DNA from: a virus
Taxonomy: Duplodnaviria; Caudoviricetes
Length of the DNA: 44,183 bases
IMG/VR virus record: IMGVR_UViG_3300028629_000017
Coordinates: 1 to 44,183 of that record
Direction: 5' to 3' (one strand)
Part shown: one piece after another, positions 16,802-25,052 of the stretch
Layout: each line of letters begins with the position of its first letter
Position numbering within the stretch: position 1 is the first letter of the stretch
Translations under genes and position numbers: made by a program
Notes under the pieces: model-generated
Seen by the model: the letters and a program-made list of their open reading frames with translations, nothing else
Database searches by the model: none
Told to the model about the DNA's origin: nothing

Positions 16802-17582
16802 TGGCGACTGCTCCCTTCTGCTCGACAGCCTGGCCCATCAGGCCGGCCAACAGGGCCGGCCAGGACAGCGGCAACTCTGCGGGCAGGCTGTAACGGTTCT
16901 TGGCGACGCACGACGGACCGCCCACCGTGCGCAGGACGCGGTCCCCGCCGTCCTTGCCGAGACCAACCGCGATGGTCCGGGTGCGGCCGAAACCGGTGTC
17001 CTGGCTCTCCGTGCGGATCTTGCGGGTCGCGAACAGCACCGCGTCGGACCACTCGGTGATGAGCGCCCCGGCGTGCTTGTTCAGCCGCGGGCTGTAGCGG
17101 TCGTAGGGGGCCGCCTCCGGGTCCTCGAACTTCTCCACCTTGGCGTGGGCGATGAGGATGCTGATCATCCCGCGACTGCGGAGACGATCCAGCCCGTCGA
17201 TCACCCGGCGCCAGTAGGAGAGCGCGTGGACGTAGCCGCGCTGGTAGCCGCCGTCGGCCTTCTCGATGGACTCGACGCCGTACTCGCGGCAGACCGCGTC
17301 CCAGATCAGCCGTTCCAGCCAGTCGAGCGAGTCGATGACCACGGTGTTGAAGCCGTGCTCCTCGCCGACGAGCCCGGCCAGCGCCGCCAGGACCTCGTCG
17401 ACCGACTTGGCCAGCGGGAACCGGCTGCAGGCGATCTCCGAGAGCCCGTCCTCCGTCTGGATGAAGATGGGCTTGGGCGCACCCGCCGCCAGCGTCGACT
17501 TGCCGACGCCCTCCGTTCCGTAAACCAGCAGCCGCGGCGGCAACGACTGCTTCCCTGTCTGGATCTGCTGCAACACTCCCAT
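16794..17582 (-). CDS. AAA_24 / Sak4-like ATPase
   Basis: YGTEGVGKST, VVIDSLDWLE, AKNRY; SD AAGGAG before ATG 17582. Confidence 0.88.
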   Translation of the reverse strand: MGVLQQIQTGKQSLPPRLLVYGTEGVGKSTLAAGAPKPIFIQTEDGLSEIACSRFPLAKSVDEVLAALAGLVGEEHGFNTVVIDSLDWLERLIWDAVCREYGVESIEKADGGYQRGYVHALSYWRRVIDGLDRLRSRGMISILIAHAKVEKFEDPEAAPYDRYSPRLNKHAGALITEWSDAVLFATRKIRTESQDTGFGRTRTIAVGLGKDGGDRVLRTVGGPSCVAKNRYSLPAELPLSWPALLAGLMGQAVEQKGAVANG

Positions 17583-17603
17583 GTGACGCTTCTCCTTTCT
17601 CAA

Positions 17604-18416
17604 TCAGATCGTGTCGAAGACGAGGGGGATCTCGTACCCGGTGGGCCAAGTGCCCGTGGCCACGCAGCGCTTCAGGCGCTCGATGGCCGCCTCGTTTTCC
17701 TTGCGGGCGTAGGCGACGGCCTGGTCGTCGATGCGCCATACGCCGCAGCGGAAGGGCTCCTGCTTCTCGATGGCCACGAACCAGGCCGGGAGCTTCTCGC
17801 CGGTCGTGACGTGGAACATGGCCGCGTAGAAGGCCAGCTGGTGCAGGTAGCCGTAGCGCTTGGCGTCCGCCGAGAAGTAATCGAGGTTGTCGGTGGTCTT
17901 GAGGTCGACGATGCCGTGGGTGACGTTGAGCCAGTCGAGCCGCGACTGGGCCTTGAGGCCGCAGTACTCGCCCCGGACTACGCCCTCGGGCTCGCCCTCC
18001 ATGAGCAGCTCGCAGGCCACTCGGTGGGCCTTGACGCCGTCGGCCATCTTGCCGATCAGCTCGTACTGCTCGGTGGTCAGGACCGGCTTGCCCTGGACCT
18101 CGGCCCACTTCGTCCATGCCTGGGTGCCGGAGCCGTAAGGCTTGCCCGTCTTCTCGTTGATCGGCCCGCCGACCGCGAACTCCTCGGCGAACTTGGCCTG
18201 GCCCTCCAGGATCAGCTTGTGGGTGGCCCGGCCCACCAGGAAGGCCGGCCGGTCCTCGTCGGGGATCAGGCCGCTCTTCTTCTTCCAGTAGAGCAGCGGG
18301 CTCTTCCGGAAGTCGGCCAGCGCGTGGCTGGTCAGGTGCTCCTTGGCCTTCTCCTGATAGGCCTCGAACGGTTCGTGAATCAGGGCGTCCATCGGGCTCG
18401 ACAGCGTGGCGACCAT
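17604..18416 (-). CDS. PD-(D/E)XK exonuclease (RecE/DUF3799-like)
   Basis: GRATH, E...RLD...IVDLKT, YLHQLAFY, AIEKQEP. Confidence 0.88.
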   Translation of the reverse strand: MVATLSSPMDALIHEPFEAYQEKAKEHLTSHALADFRKSPLLYWKKKSGLIPDEDRPAFLVGRATHKLILEGQAKFAEEFAVGGPINEKTGKPYGSGTQAWTKWAEVQGKPVLTTEQYELIGKMADGVKAHRVACELLMEGEPEGVVRGEYCGLKAQSRLDWLNVTHGIVDLKTTDNLDYFSADAKRYGYLHQLAFYAAMFHVTTGEKLPAWFVAIEKQEPFRCGVWRIDDQAVAYARKENEAAIERLKRCVATGTWPTGYEIPLVFDTI

Positions 18417-18419
18417 GGT

Positions 18420-18962
18420 CTACTCCTCCAGTCCGGCTGCCCGGAAGATCCGGCGCAGCTGTTCGATCTTTCCGTTGAGGATGTGGTTGCTGATGCCCAG
18501 CCTGTGGGCGGTCTCGATCTTCGAGTGCTCCTTGAGCAGCTCGGCGACGTTGCGCAGGTCCGGCGGCAGACGCTTCAATACCTCAGCGACGCTGAGTCTT
18601 AGGATGACCTCGTCGGCGTGCTTCCCCTCGTCGATCTTGGGCCGGTCATGGCCGCGGGAGCCTCCGGTGTCCTCCCTAGCATCCTCGGGGTACGGCACCA
18701 TCCCGCGCTCGAACGTCTGCTGCTTGGAGTGGCGGTGCTGAAGGAGGTGGGTCACGTGGTTGCTGAGGACGCGCTCGGCGAAGGTCACCTCCTGGGACCG
18801 GGCGGGATCGAAGGACGGGAACTTGCGGACGAGCTCGAGGAGCAGCTCCTGCCGGATGTCCTCGTAGTCCTCCGGCGAGAACCCCTTCATCTGGGTGACC
18901 TTGATGGCCTTGATGTCCACCACCCGCATCACCGCCGGGCTGAAATCGTTCGTCGGGTTCAT
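18420..18962 (-). CDS. ECF-like sigma-70 family factor
   Basis: Region 2-like EDIRQELLLEL...FDP...TFAERVLSN; region 4-like LPPDLR...ETAHRLGIS. Confidence 0.8.
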   Translation of the reverse strand: MNPTNDFSPAVMRVVDIKAIKVTQMKGFSPEDYEDIRQELLLELVRKFPSFDPARSQEVTFAERVLSNHVTHLLQHRHSKQQTFERGMVPYPEDAREDTGGSRGHDRPKIDEGKHADEVILRLSVAEVLKRLPPDLRNVAELLKEHSKIETAHRLGISNHILNGKIEQLRRIFRAAGLEE

Positions 18963-19612
18963 CGACTCCCCTCCTGGGCGCTGTGCTCAGTGGGGTCGTC
19001 ACCGGTTGAGCCTCGCGATTCCGGAAGAAAACCGGAATCTTCGTAAGCCCCTGCGGCCCGCAGGGCTGCGCGCAGTTTCTCGACCCGATCCCAGGCGGTG
19101 CTGATCGGCAACCCGAGCTGCTGGGCGGCTTCGGTCAGGGAGGATCGCTGGAGCAGGTTATAGAGGGAGCGCAGCTCGGCAGGCAGATTGGAGACGGCTT
19201 CCTCGAGGTCCAGCCGGGCCAAGACATCGTCCGAAGATTCGGGGCGCGAAACGTCGTTGGCGCGGTCCTCGGCGCTGATCGTCTCGGACCTCTGGATGCA
19301 GTGGCCATCCTCGTCTACGGTGGTGTCATTAAGGGAGAATGATTCGCGGCCATAGAAGCGCCTCTCTGCGAGGCGGTGCCGCAGGAGCTTGGAGGTCTTG
19401 TCGGTCAGGAGCTTGGCGATGAAGGCCTCACGCGGCCCCTTGCTTGGATCGTAGTTGCGCAGGCCGGACAGAAGCTCGATGGCCAGCTCCTGCTCCAGGT
19501 CCTCGCGGTCCGAGCGGTTGAGTCCGGCAATGCCGATAAGCTGCCGCGCCTTCCTCTTGATAGCCTTGACTGCGAACTCATCGATGCCCCACTGCTTGAG
19601 ACTGACACCCAC
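18959..19612 (-). CDS. ECF-like sigma-70 family factor
   Basis: DREDLEQEL...YDPSKG...AFI; LPAELR...TEAAQQLGLPIST. Start placed at GTG 19612 behind SD GGAGG. Confidence 0.82.
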   Translation of the reverse strand: MGVSLKQWGIDEFAVKAIKRKARQLIGIAGLNRSDREDLEQELAIELLSGLRNYDPSKGPREAFIAKLLTDKTSKLLRHRLAERRFYGRESFSLNDTTVDEDGHCIQRSETISAEDRANDVSRPESSDDVLARLDLEEAVSNLPAELRSLYNLLQRSSLTEAAQQLGLPISTAWDRVEKLRAALRAAGAYEDSGFLPESRGSTGDDPTEHSAQEGSR

Positions 19613-19630
19613 TGGTTCCTCCCTGGCCGG

Positions 19631-19731
19631 GGAGGCTTCGTGGGCACCAGCTGCAGAGGCGTGGAAAAGGAAAGGTGGAGGCAATTCGCGAGCACGCCGC
19701 TACTAGCGGCACCCACGAATGCCTCCACCTT
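19631..19731 (-). promoter_or_regulatory. Structured leader (long hairpin plus alternative pairing) upstream of sigma genes
   Basis: 12-bp perfect outer stem 19672-19683/19720-19731, inner stems, TTTCCTTTT tail; second complement at ~19631-19647. Confidence 0.6.
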
Positions 19732-19794
19732 GTGGCCGGCTAATCGTCTGATGCTGTCTTACACGTTCGGGCTTTGGGGAGCCTACTCCCTATC

Positions 19795-20136
19795 TCAGGC
19801 TACCAGTTCCTCCTCCACGACCATCATGAAGGGCAGGCCGTGCTTCACTTCCAGCTCCGCAATCGTTCCGCTTCCGATGGCCCTCAGCGCCTTGAAGAAC
19901 TCGATGTGCTGGGCCTTGAGCATGAAGTCTGCTCTGCCCGACTCCGGACGGGGCCCATTCTCGGCCCCAAGCTTGATCTGCCGGACGACCTTGAGCGGCG
20001 AATCCAGTACCGGCTCGCCCGCCCGCACCCGCAGATCAGAGATGGTCCCATGGTTGATCCTTTGCAGGATCTCAAGGAACCGCCGCAACGTCGGAGAAAG
20101 CTGACTCTTCTGGGTTACGTCCCAACCGGCATGCAC
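19795..20136 (-). CDS. Conserved-looking hypothetical phage protein
   Basis: Internally duplicated G-x-I-x-x-L-x-V-x-x-G-x-P motif (GTISDLRVRAGEP / GTIAELEVKHGLP). Confidence 0.8.
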   Translation of the reverse strand: MHAGWDVTQKSQLSPTLRRFLEILQRINHGTISDLRVRAGEPVLDSPLKVVRQIKLGAENGPRPESGRADFMLKAQHIEFFKALRAIGSGTIAELEVKHGLPFMMVVEEELVA

Positions 20137-20421
20137 TGTTCACCTGCCGTGGGGTCCCGCCCTCCCCCCACGGACCGGGGAGCCTCCAGAAGGAGTCCCC
20201 CGCCCACACAGTCCAATCGATGGTGCTACTTCCCATGACTGCCACTCCTCCTTCCCAGGCTCCTCAGAGCCAGCCCAGACCGCTATTGCCCGCGTCCAGC
20301 ATCAGCTGGCAGCCCGAACAGGCCGCCCGCACCCGCACTACCATCCCCCCTTTGACCCGAGGCACTCAAACCTCCTTCCTATCTTCTGCCCGGAGCCCAT
20401 TCTCCGGACGACAGCCTCTCG

Positions 20422-20862
20422 TTAGGCAGTGACGAGCACACCCATCTCCGCCCTCACGCTCTCTGGAACACCGTCGCGGACCACGGCCTTCGGATGCATC
20501 CTGAAGGTTAGTCGCTCGAGGTCCGCCACCACCGCCTGCGGGAACGGATCGGACAGGCCGGCGAAGCCCAGCAGGTTGACCACGAACATCCGGACGGCCT
20601 CGGCCTTCTCCGCCCCCACCTCGCTTGGGGGCGCGCCGCAGACCTCGAGCAGGAGTTCGGCTTCATCGCTGGTGGGCGGCGGTTCCGCCCGGTGCCATGA
20701 CTCCCGCACCTCGGCTGAAAGCTGTTTGGGCGCACTCCGCCCCGCAGCGAGTTTGCCGGCTAGGCGGCAGGCTTCGCGCATGGGTCCACGAAGCATCGCC
20801 CATATGTCCGCGACGGAGAGCTCCGCCGGGATTCTCAGTTGGTTACGCAGATCTCGAGTCAT
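20422..20862 (-). CDS. Hypothetical protein
   Basis: SD GAGGAGG before ATG 20862. Confidence 0.65.
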   Translation of the reverse strand: MTRDLRNQLRIPAELSVADIWAMLRGPMREACRLAGKLAAGRSAPKQLSAEVRESWHRAEPPPTSDEAELLLEVCGAPPSEVGAEKAEAVRMFVVNLLGFAGLSDPFPQAVVADLERLTFRMHPKAVVRDGVPESVRAEMGVLVTA

Positions 20863-20977
20863 TGCATCATCCTCCTCAAAAAGCGAGGGTCCGCCGTCTT
20901 GGCACTCGCCAGGACGTGGACCCTAATTCCCACTCGGGGGTAAAGGCAACGCTGCCCTTTAGGACTGAGATGTCTCG

Positions 20978-21601
20978 TCAGTTGTAGGTTCTCAGGACGC
21001 AGACCACCACGCCCTGAATCGCCACCTCCTTGGCGTAGATCGGCTTCATCATGGCATTGGCCGGCTGCAGCCGCACCCGACCATCTTCGCGGTAGAAGTG
21101 CTTAACCGTGGCCTCGTCATCCAAGAGCGCCACGGCGATCTGGCCGTTCTCGGCAGTGTCCTGCTGGCGCACCACCACTCGGTCACCGTCCAGGATCCCG
21201 GCCTCGATCATCGAGTCGCCCGTGATCTTGAGAATGAAGTGCCGAGCGTTGGGAGAGCCGCGCAGCATGGCACGGTCGACCACTACCTGACTCTCGATGT
21301 TCTCTTGGGCCAGGAGCGGGACGCCGGCAGCGACGCGCCCGACTTCAGGGATGGAGGCGATGCTCTCCAGAGCGAGCGCCGGGGCGGCTTGGGCTCCAGC
21401 TAGCTGCAAGGACCTGGCTCCAAGCTTCCCGCGCTTGAGATACCCCTTCTTCTCGATGAGCTTCAGATGGCCGAATACAGAGGAAGGCACCATGCGGAAG
21501 TGGCTGCCGATCTCCCGGACCGTGGGCGGCATGCCGTGCTTGGCCTGGAAGGCCAGCATCCAGCTGAGGATCTTCTGCTGCTTCGGGGTCAAAGGACGCA
21601 T
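20978..21601 (-). CDS. lexA: LexA-family repressor
   Basis: LTPKQ...PPTVREIG wHTH, Ala-Gly cleavage site (VAAGVP), catalytic Ser (GDSM) and Lys (ATVK); SD AGGAG before ATG 21601. Confidence 0.93.
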   Translation of the reverse strand: MRPLTPKQQKILSWMLAFQAKHGMPPTVREIGSHFRMVPSSVFGHLKLIEKKGYLKRGKLGARSLQLAGAQAAPALALESIASIPEVGRVAAGVPLLAQENIESQVVVDRAMLRGSPNARHFILKITGDSMIEAGILDGDRVVVRQQDTAENGQIAVALLDDEATVKHFYREDGRVRLQPANAMMKPIYAKEVAIQGVVVCVLRTYN

Positions 21602-21625
21602 CCGGCGCTCCTGCTCTCTAAAGGG

Positions 21626-21654
21626 AGTATAGCGAACGAACGTTCGCCTGTCAA
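21626..21654 (-). promoter_or_regulatory. lexA promoter with SOS-type operator
   Basis: TTGACA-17 nt-TATACT on the minus strand; palindrome CGAAC-GAAC-GTTCG (21633-21646) lies in the spacer. Confidence 0.85.
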
Positions 21655-21802
21655 TGGGGAACCAGCCAAAAAACGATGTCCCTTCGCATCGTCCTGCTCC
21701 ACAACTGTTTGCGACGCATCGATTCCGCCGGAATCGGCCGGATTCGCGTGCGGCGCCCGGTGACTTGCCATATGGAAACACCACTCATGAGAGGAGACTG
21801 CC

Positions 21803-22168
21803 ATGACCCAGGTGGGGCTAACACTTCCCGATAGCAACCGCGGCTCGACAGCAGAGGCTCAAGATCCCAGGAAGCTTTCGACTTCGGCCGAAATCGCAGA
21901 ACGCTTGGCCGTATCCACGCGGACCGTCCAGCGGTTGGCCAAGAGAGGACTGCTGCCCGTCGTGCACGTTACGGCCAAGTTGATCCGCTTCGATCCGAAG
22001 CGCATCGACCAGTGGATCAGCGAGAGCGCCCGCCGACCAAGACCGCATCGAAGCGTCGGACATCGAGGCCGAGGCATGGTGCTGAAGACGCCTTGCTCTG
22101 TGCCGGGAGCCGAGGTACAGTCGCCGGCGGTTCCGTGCGCACGTAGCGCGAAAGGAGGTCAATCATGA
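21803..22168 (+). CDS. Excisionase-like HTH protein
   Basis: STSAEIAERLAVSTRTVQRL...GLLP...IRF...IDQWI; ATGA overlap with integrase. Confidence 0.8.
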   Translation: MTQVGLTLPDSNRGSTAEAQDPRKLSTSAEIAERLAVSTRTVQRLAKRGLLPVVHVTAKLIRFDPKRIDQWISESARRPRPHRSVGHRGRGMVLKTPCSVPGAEVQSPAVPCARSAKGGQS

Positions 22169-23205
22169 ACGTGCGCATTTACCAGAGGCTGCAAGGTGGA
22201 CCGTGGTGGATCGCCTACGAGCGCAAGGACGGGAAGTACGTGAGGCAGAGCCTGAACACCAAGGATTACTCGGAGGCCGAGAAGAAGGGCTACGCCATCG
22301 CGCTGGGCCTCGCCCAAGGTCACGCCGTGGTGGGAGACGATGCGACGGTCAGCCACTTAATCCAGAAGTTCCTCGGCCAGCCGCACACCCTTCGGCCGAG
22401 CTCCAGGAAGCGCCTGGAAGGCGTGCTGAAGAACGTCGCCAGCCGCATCGGGGCTCTGACCGTCACCGATCCCGGGTTCCGCGCCGCCGTCAAGGCGTAC
22501 CGGGCCATGCGGGTGAACAACGGGGTGTCGGTCCGCACCGCCAACTACGAGGTGCAGGCTCTCCATCAGGTCATCATCTGGGCCCTCGACCTGTACCCCG
22601 GGATGGCCGACTCGCTCGCCGGCCTGAAGCAGCTCAAGCACTCGCGCCGAGAATCCCGGTCGCTCGATTCGGACGAGGTGCGGAAGGTCCTGGCCCTGCT
22701 GAAGACGCCGGAGGACGAACTGCGCGTGGGCCTGTTCCTGTACACAGGCATGCGGCGAGCGGAGGCGATTCACCTGTGGTGGCGGCAGGTCAACCTGGCC
22801 AAACGCGTCATCTGCATCGAGTCCCACGAGGGGTTCATCCCGAAGAACGGCGAGGCGCGCCTGGTGCCGATCTGCGACGCGCTCTACAACATCCTGGTCA
22901 AGGCCCCCAGGCGCAGCGACTACGTCCTGACCACCCGGAAGGGCCGGCCCTTCCACGCCGACGGCGGCAATGGCATGCTGCGCTGGATGAAGAAGCTCTA
23001 CGTTCGGGCCAAGATCCCGGTGACGAAGGGCATGGGGCTGCACACGCTCCGGCACACCTACTGCTCGCACCTCGCGCGGCAGAACGTCCGGGCCGAATTG
23101 CGGGCGAAGCTGGTCGGGCACCGCGTGCTGGCCATGCAGAACATCTACACCCACACCACCCAGGAGGACGCGCTTGCGGCTGGCCGGGAGTTCAAGTATG
23201 CTTAG
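22165..23205 (+). CDS. int: Tyrosine recombinase / phage integrase
   Basis: YTGMRRAE (R), PKN (K), HTLRH, GH, IYTH (Y). Confidence 0.93.
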   Translation: MNVRIYQRLQGGPWWIAYERKDGKYVRQSLNTKDYSEAEKKGYAIALGLAQGHAVVGDDATVSHLIQKFLGQPHTLRPSSRKRLEGVLKNVASRIGALTVTDPGFRAAVKAYRAMRVNNGVSVRTANYEVQALHQVIIWALDLYPGMADSLAGLKQLKHSRRESRSLDSDEVRKVLALLKTPEDELRVGLFLYTGMRRAEAIHLWWRQVNLAKRVICIESHEGFIPKNGEARLVPICDALYNILVKAPRRSDYVLTTRKGRPFHADGGNGMLRWMKKLYVRAKIPVTKGMGLHTLRHTYCSHLARQNVRAELRAKLVGHRVLAMQNIYTHTTQEDALAAGREFKYA

Positions 23206-23237
23206 GGTAGAGCAGCGGACGCGTCGGTTTCCGGGTG

Positions 23238-23306
23238 CATTGTACGTGGACTGTACGTGGATACGTACAATGGGGCCTCTTCTGGCGCTGGTGGCGCTGG
23301 TGTCGC
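23238..23306. repeat. Direct/inverted repeats beside att (candidate Int arm / Xis sites)
   Basis: TGTACGTGGA at 23241 and 23252; CATTGTACGT/ACGTACAATG inverted pair 23238-23272; TGGCGCTGG twice from 23283. Confidence 0.6.
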
Positions 23307-23367
23307 AAAATCTCCGCTCGACGCATCCGGCCAAGTTGTCGCAAGTTAGCTCCCGCGAGTCACATGC

Positions 23368-23408
23368 GGGCCCGTAGCTCAATGGTTAGAGCAGCGGACT
23401 CATAATCC
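23368..23408 (+). pseudogene. 5' half of tRNA(CAT), probably tRNA-Ile2; att junction
   Basis: GGGCCCGTAGCTCAATGGTTAGAGCAGCGGACTCATAATCC gives acceptor 5' strand, D-arm and anticodon loop. Pairing fails after TCC and no T-arm or 3' acceptor strand follows. Confidence 0.88.
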
Positions 23409-23470
23409 TACCGTCTTTCGCTGGGGCAGCAGTGGTTAAGTCCGGGGTGACAGACATCGGGCTGACACCG

Positions 23471-23499
23471 TTGACGCCCTGGAGGCCCCGTGGTAGACT
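23471..23499 (+). promoter_or_regulatory. Sigma70 promoter of moron
   Basis: TTGACG-17 nt-TAGACT with extended -10 TG. Confidence 0.7.
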
Positions 23500-23531
23500 A
23501 CCAGAGGCAAGCAATTGAGGAGGCGCATGCG

Positions 23532-24029
23532 ATGACTTCGATGATCGGGAAGACGGGAGCTGGAGCGATCGCCCTGGGCGCGGTGCTGGCGGGGGCGGTT
23601 GGGACAACGGGCATCGACGGCGCGGGATCTCCGGCCGCCACGGCCGCGGAGCCAGCAAAGCAGACCAAGGCGGAGCGGATTGAGATCCTGAAGAAGGACA
23701 TATCGGGAGCCGAGTACGCCAAGCGCAGCGCCGAGGCCGAAATCGAGTCGGCCAAGAAGGCGGGGAAGAAACCCCACGACGGGACCCTTATCAATCAGCG
23801 CGTTCTCTCTGCTCGGATCGAATCGGCGCGTACGGAAATAGCCTGGCTCGAAGGCCGCCTGACCAAGGCCGGCGCTGAGACAAGAGCAAAGGCCGCCGAG
23901 GAAGCACTGAAGAAGGCTGAAGACGCGAAATCCGATGAGACAGTTATTGCGCCGTTGAAGGCCGAGCTCGATGTCGCCAAAAGGGAACTTGCGGCGGTGG
24001 TGGTCTTCGAGACTAAGGGCGAGTTCTAG
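23532..24029 (+). CDS. Exported/membrane-anchored coiled-coil protein (moron)
   Basis: SD GAGGAGG; hydrophobic N-terminus; A/E/K-rich helical body; convergent with tail genes. Confidence 0.75.
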   Translation: MTSMIGKTGAGAIALGAVLAGAVGTTGIDGAGSPAATAAEPAKQTKAERIEILKKDISGAEYAKRSAEAEIESAKKAGKKPHDGTLINQRVLSARIESARTEIAWLEGRLTKAGAETRAKAAEEALKKAEDAKSDETVIAPLKAELDVAKRELAAVVVFETKGEF

Positions 24030-24035
24030 CGCGCC

Positions 24036-25052
24036 TCAGGTATCGCCGTAGGTCAGCTTACCCGCATACCGGAAGACGGCCTGGGGCGTGGCGTCTAATG
24101 TCCATCCCCTGGAAGTGCCATCGCTCCCCCAAGCCGGACGCGTGGTGGTGCTGCTCGGCCCTGCGTAGTTCGTGCTCTCGACGCCAGTCCCGCCTCCGGC
24201 CGTGTACGTCTTGCCCTGCTCGAAGCACTGCAGCTTGTTCTCATCGGTGTCGGCCCAGTCACCGTTGTTGTACCAATTGGTGGACTTCTTGGGCATGACG
24301 TAGTAGTCGATCTCCGCATCATACTCGCTGGAGAAGAGGGTCGCTGTCACCTTCGCGATCTTGCGTGCAAGCTGTGCGTGTTTGCTGCCGCTCCATTCGC
24401 CCATCCATGCGTAGGCGGCCGGCGGAACGCTCGTCCCCTCGGTCGCTGCGTCGAAAGCCGTCTCGGCGGCCGTCTTGGCCAGTGCGTAGGTGCTGCGGGC
24501 CTGGTCGCCGGAGTCACGGGAGGCCTGCGAGCTGAACGCGACGGCGCGATGCACCGTGGTCATCAGCTTCAGGCAGGCCTTGAGTTCATTCCAAAGGTGC
24601 GGGCAGACGTAGTCCCCAGCCTGGAATAGGCCGTACTGGGTCGTGTAGCCCCCGTCGCCGTCGGGCACGTGGCGCGTGAACCCCGAGGAGTTCAGCCCGG
24701 CCGCGGTCCGGAGGCTCGCGGCGCTGAAGTAGGTGAAGCTCGCCTGGCCGTCGTACCCTCCGGCGTAGCTGTTGTCGTGGAAGATCGCCGCCATGGCCTC
24801 GACGCGTTCCTGCATCCAGCGTATCGAAAACGTGTCCGTATCGGCTCCTTCTGCCGGCGGCCAGCTTGATCCTGGCGGAGCCGCCGTCGAAACCCTAAAC
24901 GGTAGACACCCGGCCACAGGCAGCTTCCAAACACCGCCTCCGCTGGCGATGCGCCAACGCTCTCCTATCGCATAGATGATCTGGTAGTGAAGACCAGCCG
25001 AGCTCATGTCGGCCAAGTCGGAGGATTGCGTGTAGTCGGCCGCCCAAGCCAT
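24036..25052 (-). CDS. Distal tail / receptor-binding protein candidate
   Basis: Last gene of the tail operon; S/T/G/aromatic-rich; patchy codon usage. Confidence 0.6.
   Translation of the reverse strand: MAWAADYTQSSDLADMSSAGLHYQIIYAIGERWRIASGGGVWKLPVAGCLPFRVSTAAPPGSSWPPAEGADTDTFSIRWMQERVEAMAAIFHDNSYAGGYDGQASFTYFSAASLRTAAGLNSSGFTRHVPDGDGGYTTQYGLFQAGDYVCPHLWNELKACLKLMTTVHRAVAFSSQASRDSGDQARSTYALAKTAAETAFDAATEGTSVPPAAYAWMGEWSGSKHAQLARKIAKVTATLFSSEYDAEIDYYVMPKKSTNWYNNGDWADTDENKLQCFEQGKTYTAGGGTGVESTNYAGPSSTTTRPAWGSDGTSRGWTLDATPQAVFRYAGKLTYGDT

Larger units (their letters stand above)
1..23408. mobile_element. Prophage A (partial; left end outside window)
   Basis: Continuous regulation-replication-packaging-head gene order on the minus strand, with xis/int next to a tRNA-derived att fragment. 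Placing int in this element is an inference. Confidence 0.85.

Noticed and set aside
23181-23220. GGGAGTTCAAGT as the T-arm of a permuted tRNA
   Set aside because: T-stem cannot close (ATGCT follows instead of CTCCC) and the sequence encodes the integrase C-terminus.
23368-23445. Intact tRNA-Met/Ile or intron-containing tRNA
   Set aside because: Anticodon stem pairing fails after 23408, no T-arm or acceptor 3' strand follows, and the break lies past the usual anticodon-loop intron position.
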